Source: Camelus ferus (lineage: Eukaryota). Taken from it: a stretch of DNA of 64,000 bases. Of the stretch, positions 53,516 to 64,000 are shown piece by piece. How positions within the stretch are numbered: position 1 is the stretch's first letter; every line of letters starts with the position of its first letter. Below the pieces are notes generated by a model. The model was not told where the DNA came from and did not search any database. It worked only from the letters and a program-made list of their open reading frames with translations. The translations under genes and the position numbers were made by a program. The stretch spans positions 87,050,001-87,114,000 of the forward strand of contig NC_045696.1 in assembly GCF_009834535.1 (NCBI RefSeq), written 5' to 3'.

Positions 53516-54030
53516 GTGGGATCTAAGAAGCACTGTACTTCACATATACTCCTTTTAGTGTGAGAGAAATTCAAAAAATAAATGGTCAAGAGCACCTTCA
53601 CTTCAAAAGCTGACCTAGAATAGTTTTGTCAATGGTTATAGGCAAGTATTGTCACTGGGAAAGGCAAAGGCTGCAATAACTAAATGATTTTAAGCTAGAT
53701 GTGGTTCATACAACTGCCACCTGCTGGAGTAGACAAGCAGAAAGTTCAAATGGTTAAGTCAAAATGTGAAGGTTGTATGCAACATTCAAAACCCTGAATA
53801 ATCTGAAACTTCATTTTGATGAAATTAATTGTGTTTCATCTTAATTCTTATATCAAGCCAGGAAATGTGTGTCAACTCATTTATCACTAAGTGATAAATT
53901 TCCTGAATAATAAAGTATTTTCCCCAACTACACAAAAGCCTACAGGAAAAATACAACATGGGAAATTCATCTTATACAGTAGGATGCCATCATTAAGGTA
54001 ATACAAAGAGAAATAAAAATATAGTTTCAG

Positions 54031-54190
54031 ATATTAAGATTCTTACCTGAAACATGAGAATCCCCAAAGAGTTGGGAAAAAAGGAAATTTATTGGATCTT
54101 CCTGGAGAATTACCTTTTTCTTTTTCAATTGTTGTTGTTTTACTGTTGCTATTATCAGTGTTATCAATGCTACAATCATGGCCACATTCA
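54031..54190 (+). pseudogene. Candidate pseudo-exon, frameshifted
   Basis: gtttcag| ... TTCA|gtaagt consensus donor; bridges phases 2 to 1 only with one frameshift. Confidence 0.4.
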
Positions 54191-55357
54191 GTAAGTTTCT
54201 CCAGGGAGAGCAAATACTTGATCAAATGTTGTTTGTCTGACTAACTAGTGTTGGTCTAACAAATGTGATGATCAAAGATTTCTTGATCAGACACTAGGGA
54301 CTTTAAAAAAGCTAGCTGTAAAAAATGAGTTTATTATTTTTTGAAGGAATATTATTATATATACATCCTGTGGATAATTTTTACTCTCCAATTAATGTTA
54401 AGTTTTACCTCCCATCACAGGAAAAAATAATCACCAGGAAGAGTATTTTTTTTGCCTTTGTGATTGCTTTGATAAACTTATCAAAATAATTATTCAAGAT
54501 ACAACAATGTTTCAATTATGCTTTAGTAGGAACATAAATTAGTGATTAAAATAAAAAGTTTATAATATCAAAGATTGATATCAATGAATTATTTATTCTA
54601 ATGATTAAGATTAAATTTGAAATCATTAATACATGTGGAACACAGTATCGTATCACAAGATCACAACAATAAGCCTTTTGGTAAGGATAATATGACCATC
54701 ACAATTACAATAAGTAAATCTGTAGTAAATATTATTTATTGTGAAAAGCACAGAATATATTTAGATGTTTATTTTTACATGAGTTTGATCACTGTGTACT
54801 CCATTGACCATAAATCTTGTGATTTTTATATGACAAATACCAAGAAATAAACACATAGAATATTATTTTCCATAATATTTAAATTGTTTCAATTTGTATA
54901 TTCATGTTTAGTAAAGTTATGGTGTAATATTTTGGCAATAAAACAGAATAGAGGAAAAATCTGGAAGAAATAAAAGTTCAGTGAAGCCACATCAACTATT
55001 GATCAAAAATATAGGTAGAAAAGTTAAGAATATTTTTGGTTGCCTGCTTGCTTTAGCTAAGAGTAAGTGATTTACATCTTTGGTGCAATAACAATATCAT
55101 CTTGATTCAGAATAGGACACAAAATTGTATCACATTTTAAATAAACCATGAGATTTCAGAGAAATTCCTCCTTTAAAAAGATATTGTGGTTTATAATCTC
55201 CCAGATGCTGGAAGGACATGTTTATTTCAAGTTGTTAGTTTTGAAAGAGAAAGAATCAGGTGAAAAATACAAGTTATGTTAAAATCCAGTATAATTGATA
55301 TGAAAATGTAGTACATTGGCAATGAGTAGTAAAGGTATATATTTCATTGGTTTAAAG

Positions 55358-55513
55358 AATGGGAAGAGGCTGTCACTGGAGAAGACTTAGAAGATATTAT
55401 AAAGAAAATAGACGTATGGTGTTCAAAAGGGCTGTTACAGTGTTTTATGGCCAGAGCTTGCAGAAATATGCACACTTACCAAAAGCTTGCCGTCTGCCGT
55501 TCTGAATGCATAG
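55358..55513 (+). pseudogene. Pseudo-exon (WEEAVTGEDLEDIIKKIDVWCSKGLLQCFMARACRNMHTYQKLAVCRSECI)
   Basis: tttcattggtttaaag| ... ATAG|gtgtgt; 51 open codons; phase 1 to 1. Confidence 0.6.
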
Positions 55514-55589
55514 GTGTGTGCATTCAATTCAGGGACAAGAATTGAGTTATTTTTCATTTACTTTTATAAACTCTTAGATGAAAAATAAA

Positions 55590-56430
55590 AACCTGCATTA
55601 TCTTATGGCAGGGAGTTTTGGGGATAGCAGTGTGAGGGATTAGTCTTTGAGCTTCATGAATCTATGAATAGAAGTAGATGTGGAACAAATTCTAGGCACA
55701 GTTACAAGTCTTAGAGAAGTGAAGGAGAGAGGAGCTATGCATGGAAGAATTTGGAGAGTACTGAATACTCATGTAGAACTAACACAAAATGTCACTTATA
55801 ATAGTAGTAGCAAGAGAAAAGAAGGGATTCATGAACTGACCACAGTCTCAGGCTGTGGAAGATTTGAAGACCAGGAGTGTGAATTTCAATGCAGGCAACT
55901 GCAGTATAACTCAATAATGTAAGGTTTTATTAGGATTTTTTTTGGCAAATGCCAGATGACTTCATGGAAAAGGGATACCATTTAGAAGATAATTTCAATA
56001 TTTTGAAAGTGAGGGAATGTGAGAGAATATAAGAGAACCTATTGGTTATGCAAACATAATGGGTTTCATCCAGAAAGCAATGAAAATGTAATTTGCATTT
56101 AAAAATTCTAATTTTCAGTGTGGGTAATATATGGAGGGGAGACAAGGTTGGAGGCAGGAGGATAAACAAGAATGCTGCTTGATTCAGAGGGAAAATAATC
56201 ATATTAGAGAGAAGATTATAGGTTCAATAAATATTTCAGAGTTTAACTTATCAGTAGTCAATGATTAATTGAAAATGAGGCTATTAAGGGAAAAGATAGA
56301 ATTAAGAGAGAATCATGCTTTCTGGCTTGAGCAAGTGGAAACAAGAGTGTCATTCTGAGATGTAACAAGTGATTAGCAGGCGAAGCTTTATGGTAGTGGA
56401 GGGTGGTGATGAGTGACAGTTTCAGTTGAG
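55590..56430 (-). mobile_element. L2 fragment
   Basis: Antisense L2 motifs (tttctggcttgagcaagtgga, gcatttaaaaatt). Confidence 0.55.
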
Positions 56431-57245
56431 GACAAATTGTAGCAACAGGAACTCTCATTCACTGCTGGTGGGAATGCAAAATGTTATAGCCACTTTGGAA
56501 GATAGTTTGGAGGTTTATTACAAAACTATAAACATGCTCTTACTATATGATACAGTAATCATGCTCCTTGTTTATTTACTCAAAAGAGTATAAAAATTTA
56601 TGTCCACACAAAAGCAAGCACACGAATATTTATAGTAGCTTTACTCATAGTTGTTCAGACTTGTAGGCAATCAAGATTCCCATCAATAGGTGAATGGATA
56701 AACTGTGATACAACCAAACACTGGAATATTTTTCAGTACCATAAAGAAATGAGCTATCAAGTCATGACATGACATGGAAGAAACTTATATGCATATAACC
56801 AAGTAAAAGAAGCAAATCTGAAAAGAGTACATATGTATGACTCCAGCTATACGACATTTTGGAAAAGGCAAAACTATAGACAGAGTAAAGAATTCAGTGA
56901 TTGCCAGGGGTTAGAAGAGAGGGATGAATAGGCAGAGCACAGAGTATTTTAGAGTAGTGAAACTATTCCGTATGATTACTGCAATGAAGGGTGCATATCA
57001 TTACAACTTATAGAATGTACAACACCAAGAGTAAATTCCAATGGAAACTATGAACATTGGGTCATGATGTATCATATAGGTTTATCAAATGTAACAAATG
57101 TTCTACGGTGGTGCTGGACAGCCTGGTAATGAAGCTGTGTGTGAGGCAGGGATGTGGATAGGAAGTATATGGGAACTTTCTATATGTTCTCCTATTTTGC
57201 TATGAACCTAAAACCTCTCTAAAAAATAAAGTTTATTAATTTAAG
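56430..57245 (+). mobile_element. L1MC-like 3' end
   Basis: gcaacaggaactctcattcactgctggtgggaatgcaaaatg, aaatgagctatcaagtcatga, ggaaaaggcaaaactatag, tgaacctaaaacctctctaaaaaataaag. Confidence 0.9.
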
Positions 57246-57299
57246 CACACACACACACACCACACAGTTATAATCTCGTATGATCTTGGGAAGTTTCAC

Positions 57300-58050
57300 A
57301 TTCTGTATATGTATTTTTATTTATAACACACATCATTCCAAAAAGACTGTTTTGTGGCTTATACAGATACAAGACTCTATATCTATGTCTGTGTTTGTAT
57401 CTCAAAAGATAGGGAAAAATAAGGAAGAATAGAAAGAAAAGCTAGGGTGAGTACAGAAATCAGTCAATAATAAACGGGACATATCTATAATATTTACCTT
57501 CACACTTCCATGGACCACAATTTTGACTTGACGTTTGTTAGAAGCTCTTGTAAGAAACGTATTCTACCCATTTACACATTTCACAGTGATCACAAGATTA
57601 AATATATTCCAGGAAGAGCAACAGTTATCCTCTCAGGATAATATTTGCTATAATAAAGTCCTTGATAGTATTGTCTTTTCATAGTTGAAATGGGGCTTTG
57701 CTTCCTAGTCTCCTGTCTTAGCGTTTTCTCCTGTATAAACTAATAAGGAGTTTCACAAAAGCAATTTTGCAGGAGTGGTGGAGCAATAAAATGCAGTCCA
57801 GTTACTAACTCTTTGTTGATTTTATTTAACCCAGTGGCAGAACACAACATAAAGTATTGCATATGAAGAACTCCATATACAGTCTGACAACCACACAAAT
57901 GTGCTCTCAACCAATCTTTCCAGTATTGTTCTCCGTTGAACACAAAAGCTCTGTGCACATAGGCATGCAGCATTCAGAGAAGATGAATGGCTTCAGCTTG
58001 TCTTAAGCTTCTACACCCTGGGTTGCATATGCATGCTGTCCATCAGGGGA
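57300..58050 (-). mobile_element. Possible L4 (RTE-X) LINE 3' remnant
   Basis: catcattccaaaaagactgttttgtggcttatac resembles the antisense L4 3' end; minus frame HLCGCQTVYGVLHMQYFMLCS resembles a terminal zinc knuckle. Confidence 0.4.
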
Positions 58051-59329
58051 GAATTCATGCAGTGAGACATGGAAAGAGAGAAATAAATACTAGGGCAAAG
58101 GAGATCAGCCTGCTGCAAGTTGAAATACTCTTGTAAGTCCCTGAATGTGTTGTGACCTGAGTTACCTTATACATTCCTTGGAAAATCACTTTTAGTATGT
58201 ACATCAAATAAAAGAAGTACTGTAAGTTATAAATCATTCAGTTTCGCATGTAAGAATGTATATCAGGAATGCATTTGAATCATTATTACCAATTCTTTTA
58301 CTTGGAGTATAAGTGTATGAACTGTGACGGGTAAATGTGGCAGAGCAAACAAAATCTGCTATAGTGCATTTATACATGTTCTATGAAGAAACGTTTTAAT
58401 GTTTAATTGTAAGCTCCAACTTTAATACCATAATAAACCACAGAATTTCTCTTTAACATATCTTTTATTTTTAAATTAAACATTTACTTCATTGTCCTTT
58501 ATTTTACTGTCTAGCTGGGCAGCTTGAACACAAATAAGAATAAATACTAAATCACTTCTGCCTCAAGAAACACACACACACATACAGTATTTTAAGAATT
58601 AGAAGTCTCACAACATCATAAACCTGACAATGTAAAACTCAGTCTTGTTAGTGCAAATTACTATTGCATGATATTTTGATAAATACAGATTTTAAGTTGA
58701 AACACAGACATGGTTCAAGTAGACAACCTAACTGACAAAGTTGGACAGCTGGGATTGGTGGTAAAAAATAAAGCAACTGTCATCAACCAATGGTACCCTG
58801 CAAAAAACATGAAGATGTGTTATGCCATATCTTCTGATTTTCTAAAAGTAACCTGGAAATAAAGATTTTGTGTTTGATAGAGAGTTCATATATAAAATAC
58901 AATTAATTCTAAACGTGTGTGTATATATATATGTGTGTATGTATTTATCTCCTCACTTCTGCAGAATGGTCCTACCCAAATAAAGGCTCCTATTTAACAA
59001 CATCAAATTAGGCAATTATTCATAGTAAGAATAAAGTTATTTTAGACAAAAGATTGAAATATATACATATATAGTATTTCAGAGAATCAAATGGTTAAAA
59101 ATCTATGAAACATTTTTATCAATGTCTAGAGAAATGCAAATTGAATCCATTCATGTCCTGAAAACTGTGTATATATAAAATAATCTATAATTTTCAAAGA
59201 TAAATTCTTTCAAAGGTAAATTCTTAAATTTTAATGCTGACTCAAAAGTATACATTGAAAAAATTCCATTCAAAATGTAGAAAAATGATATAAATTGCTC
59301 AGTTACGTACTAAAAATAGTTTAAGTTCT

Positions 59330-60130
59330 TAATATTTCAGTAGTATTTGTATGTTTAAATTTTTAAATAATATTATCTCATTGTTGAAAATATTAACAAA
59401 TAAATATGTAAATTAAAAACATGCAGATATACCAAGGAGATAGCCTGTGTTAAACTTTTGGTGAATTCTCTTCCTAATATTTTATTTGAATATATCTTAA
59501 AAAATTAAAAAATTAGGGTAACATTGGGCTTACAGTTCCATGATCTTCCTTTTAACTTTTATAATATTAGCATATTTATACCACTAAAATGTTTGAATAT
59601 TTACTTTTTAGTGGCAATGTGATATGCATCACAAAATTGCACCAAAGCTTATTAAGCAAAACTCCTATGATTAGATATGTGTAATGCTCTCAATATTTTA
59701 CTATTATGAAAAATAATACGAAGGACATCTTTATTTATCAGTACTTCTTGGCCTCATTAGGATACTTTGCTCTGAATCAAAAAACACAAATATATTTACT
59801 GCCAGAAATCTTTCCACCATTCTATGAAAATTTCCATCTCTACACAGTTCAGCTAGCCTTAAGTATGAATAATAAACAAAATTTCATCAATTTGGTTGAT
59901 GAAAATCACATGAAATCTCTATTCTTGACTGTTCCCTAATGAGTATGAGCATATTTTGCTGTGTTTGCTATTTGTCTTTCTTTTCCCACCAATAATCTTT
60001 CCATTATACTTGTTTGTTTTTCTAATGGGAAGAAAGTGATTAGCGGTATATTTTCAAGAACTCATGTATTAAGGAAAATAGTCCTTTCTCTATCACACTT
60101 ATTTCAATCCTTTTCCTATTTTTTCATTCT
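59330..60130 (-). mobile_element. Old L1ME-like antisense fragment
   Basis: Degraded L1ME 3' motifs (ttctatgaaaatttccatctctacac, aatttggttgatgaaaatcac). Confidence 0.5.
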
Positions 60131-60366
60131 TTAATATTTTTACTAAATTAAAGGAATACACATGAGACTATAAATGTCTTATATTTACATGTTTATGTCA
60201 TTTTGCAAAATATGGTAATAGCAAAAACAAGAAAAAGCTAAAACAGATTTATTTGTATTTACATTGGACATGTAATCATTTTCCTATGAATTTACTCTCA
60301 CTTTGTAAGAGATTCTATATCTTGTGGCAAGTGAGAACAATATATTATTCTCTCTAAAGTAGATGA

Positions 60367-60611
60367 GGGGGGAGGTTAGAGCTCAAGTGGTAGACAGCAT
60401 GCTTAATATACATGAGGTTCTGGGTTCAATCCCCAGTACCTCCTCTAAAAATAAATAAATAAACCTAGTTATATCCCCCCACCAAAAAAATAATAATAAA
60501 ATTGGGAGGGGTTGTATGGCTCAGTGGTAGAGCATGTGCTCAGCATGCATGAGGTCCTGGGTTCAATCCACAGCACCTCCACTGAAAAAAAACAAAAGAA
60601 AGAAAGAAAAG
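60367..60611 (+). mobile_element. Two tandem tRNA-derived SINEs (camelid vic-1 type) inside one TSD
   Basis: Two heads with Pol III A box (agctcaagtggtag / ggctcagtggtag) and B box (gggttcaatcc); A-rich tails; TSD AAAGTAGATGA at 60356-60366 and 60612-60622. Confidence 0.85.
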
Positions 60612-60930
60612 AAAGTAGATGAAATGATTGGCTTAATAAAATTGCAGGAAACTAAGGAAGGTTAGGTAAAATAGTATGATTCAGAGTTTGTAAGAGTGGG
60701 GAGAAGCTGTCAAATATAGAAAAGATATGACAATTTATTTAAAATAATCCATCTCTCATCTGCTCTAAATATGATTGTGTGATGCATTCTGTAAATGTTT
60801 TGTAACAGAAATATATCTTGATTCTAGTCATAATTCATATTCCTCTTGTATATTTCAGTATTAAATTGGATCATGGTAAAACAGTCCCATCAATGTTTGA
60901 AAAGTATTTTAAATGATTTTTATTTTCCAG

Positions 60931-61045
60931 TAGGAGAGTAGGGAATGATTTTGGTACTCGAAACCAGCTTTAACTGGTTCCAGAGGAATGAACATACAAT
61001 TGTTTGTATAGAAGAATGCAATTTCTGTTGCACAGATGCACTCTT
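60931..61045 (+). pseudogene. Candidate pseudo-exon
   Basis: Strong sites tttttattttccag| ... CTCTT|gtgagt; stops in all frames (fewest in the phase-1 frame GE*GMILVLETSFNWFQRNEHTIVCIEECNFCCTDAL). Confidence 0.5.
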
Positions 61046-62874
61046 GTGAGTGTGAATTTACAGTTGGGAAATTTGACAGTAGGGAGAAAGAAAAAAATAT
61101 TAATTGATATAATGTAATATTAAGTATAACCATAGCATAAACCAGAGTTTTAAAATCTGTGATTAAAAAAAAAAAGACTGCATCATAGAAATGAATTTTC
61201 TTGTATACTCTATGAGCTATCTCCATGGTATATTATGAAATTCATCTTAAACTTAAATCACTTTATACAGCTTAACCTTTACCTCTTATGGATTGCATTT
61301 TCACAGTGAACAAGAGAGCTGAATGAATAAATAATTTAAATGATGTATAAATATACTAGAGTGTGGGATTCTTGGGAAGAGAATGGTTAAGTGATGAGTT
61401 ATTACCATTCTATTTTCATTAATGTTATAAAAGGATATCATTGTTTAAATAAGTAACCCAAATTGCTTATGTATTAATCTGAGCAATAATGTTTGCTTAG
61501 TCTCATTTTTAGATCCAACAACACTTGACAAATGTTTAACGTTGTTTAACTTTGAATTATATTAGTTTTAATTGAATCTGTAGATCTTATTTAAAACATA
61601 TAAGACACATTAATGAAAGAATAATAAATCTTAAACCAAATTGAGGAGCTTCCTAAATTTTATATAATTCATATATCTACCCAAAGAATATTACTGCATA
61701 TATTGTCATTAAAAAAACCAAGAATGAATCACTGATAAATCATTGCCATGAAAGGATGTCTATGAGTGATTAATTATTAATAATTAAAACCCATATAATC
61801 ATAAATGATGTCCCATTGGAATGATTTAATTTAATATTGAGATAGATGATGAAATAAAGTTAAGATAAATTGGAATCAAGTAGATATTAATCAGGGTCTA
61901 AGAAGAATTAAAGGTTAAAGATGCTAGAGAATTTTGTCACTTTATTTACATGAAGCATTCCTGGGACCACCTCTTTCAAGCTGGTTTGAGGAAAAAATAA
62001 ACATTTAGCAACAGAATTGATCATAATTGGTAGGAGTTAAGGTTAGAGAAATGTTTCTTAGGAGAGAATGAGAACAACACTTGGGGCTTGACACGTATTA
62101 GGAGTCTAATAAATGGTAAATAAAATTTAAGACTGAAAATAGGTGGAGAAACACAAATCAAAACTTGCTCTACTTTCTGATAAATGTTTATTGAATGTAA
62201 GATTTAAAATAGCTACTCAAATATAAGATATTTTAATCAATTAATCGACATCTAATTTGATATTTATGTTTTGCTAAGTACAAATTAAGCAGCTGTATAT
62301 ACTCCTGAAAGTTAATACATTCATATGAATGCAGTTAAAATTTTAGTATTTAAAAAGTTTTAAGTTAATTAATAGTGCAAAAAGTAACTCGTTGCATATA
62401 TTTATATTTCTATCTATTATAACTCTTTATTTACCCATTACTTTTTAAAAAGTCCATTTGCTTTGAGTATATTTGCATGATAAACATATATAATACAACC
62501 ACACACACTGTAGAAATCATAAAATTGAAATTGAAATTAGTACTCTGTATCCAGCGTGAAAACTTAAAAAATGAAAAATAATCACTTAATAGTGAGAAAA
62601 TCAAAACAAAATTTGAAATACAGTATTGTACTTCATTTGAAACTTTCACACTAAAGGACAGTGAGTCTAAATTTGCATGATTGTATGATTTATCTGTGAT
62701 TCTCAAATACAGTAATATCAATATTTAAGAATTACCACAAGTCACACAACTTTGATATAAGTAATAGTTTTGTGCAAAAATTTTATTATAGCCAAATAAT
62801 GCAGAGGAGCAAAGTTAAATGACCAAAGAACAATTTTAAATGAGGTACAGTTAAAAAAAATTGATCAGGACGAG

Positions 62875-63140
62875 ATGACCATTTATTGAGCACCTACTAT
62901 ATTCCAGAAAGTGTTTTATGTACTTTCACATTGTTTAATTTTCCAAACTATCCTGGCAGTTATTTTTTCCTTATTTGTTCAGTAAATACTAGTTTGATGA
63001 GTTAAAGGAATGAATTATGATTCCTTCTTTTCCAGTGGGAATGACTCAGAAATGATTAACACATTTTCTAAAATTATGCAGCTAGATGGTGACAAAAAAC
63101 TGTTCAATTGTAATTGCAAAACTTACATTTTTACGATCAC
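62875..63140 (-). mobile_element. MIR fragments
   Basis: accatttattgagcacctactat, gactcagaaatgattaacacattttctaaaattatgcagctag. Confidence 0.6.
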
Positions 63141-64000
63141 ATTATGCTGAATTTTAGTATAGTAGAAGTCAAACTCTTCCTAAACTGATATAAATGTGTA
63201 CCATTGTTCCTCTTAGTTTGGAAAGAGAGCTCAACTTAAACACTGATAATGAAAGACATGACGTAGGAGAAAGCTAGAGGAAAGCCTAGCTGGCCTGATA
63301 ACAAAGTAGCAGAAGTTAACACTGGAAACAGGTTTCCAAGAGAGAGTAAAGAGTTCTGCGGTCCCATACAAATAACCATGGGTAAACTGGGTCACCCGAA
63401 CAATGCAACCCCTCTGTCCATCATGTCTATGTGCCTCATTTATCTAGGTCTTGTAGACCTTGGGCACATCACATGATCAAACCACCTTGTCCAAACACTA
63501 AGCATGATGCTCACCCACCTTTACTGCAGAACTGTTAAGTATTTATTTCTCAGAACAAACTTCCCTAACTCAGAGGCTATAAATGACTAGTTATATTCAC
63601 CAAGTAAATTAAAACTGCCTAGAGTCAGTTTATTTACCACTGAAAGTTCTGAGATTTTAGTCATTACATGAAAATGTCCATCCTAGCTCCATCAGATAAG
63701 GATAGATAAGGAAATTGTTCACAAATAATAACATTTTAATTATAAAATAACTCAATCTAAGTGAGACTATAGATTAGGTTCAGGATGTCTCATACAATTC
63801 AAAAGTTGCCATGTATTAAAACAGATTTCTATATAAAAGGGTTCATAGCACTGTCCTGCATTTTATGTTAGTGGTTTAATGACTAATTACTAAAATAACT
63901 AGTCAAGGATAAGGTTAGGAGGAACTATCATGAAATGACAAGGAAATAAAATTGAGAGGATTTAAAACCTAAGATACTTACTAATTAACGTCAAATTCAC

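Larger units (their letters stand above)
1602..61045 (+). pseudogene. Decayed multi-exon gene (candidate unitary pseudogene) encoding a C2-domain, probably MUN (Munc13/CAPS)-like protein; probably extends beyond the window
   Basis: Series of AG..GT-bounded non-repeat segments with long near-open frames and mostly matching intron phases (exons listed separately); C2 motifs at 35.5-49.4 kb; in-frame stops in most exons. Confidence 0.7.

Noticed and set aside
60367..60580. tRNA genes
   Set aside because: The tRNA-Ala-like heads have A-rich tails and a TSD, so they are SINEs.

Overview
AT-rich, CpG-depleted mammalian genomic DNA, most likely camelid: it carries a vic-1-type tRNA-derived SINE and artiodactyl-type L1 3' ends. 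No intact protein-coding gene is visible, and the supplied ORFs are chance frames or repeat/pseudogene remnants. Three things stand out. (1) A chain of about 15-18 AG/GT-flanked, largely phase-compatible + strand segments runs from ~1.6 kb to ~61 kb. They read as one decayed multi-exon gene (candidate unitary pseudogene) with scattered nonsense codons. The reconstructed protein has a recognisable C2-domain motif series inside helical sequence that resembles, by eye, the Munc13/CAPS MUN domain. I cannot name the gene. (2) A Charlie1-type hAT transposon in one of its introns carries two insertions. One is a 551-bp TG..CA solo LTR that is the window's only CpG island, with YY1, NRF1-like, GC-box and CCAAT motifs. 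The other, ~450 bp downstream, is a full-length processed EI24 pseudogene. (3) There are many ordinary repeats: L1, L2, MIR, MaLR, MER58, solo LTRs and a degraded ERV with a tRNA-Arg PBS. All family assignments are by eye and from memory, with no database search, and repeat boundaries are approximate unless TSDs or termini are quoted.
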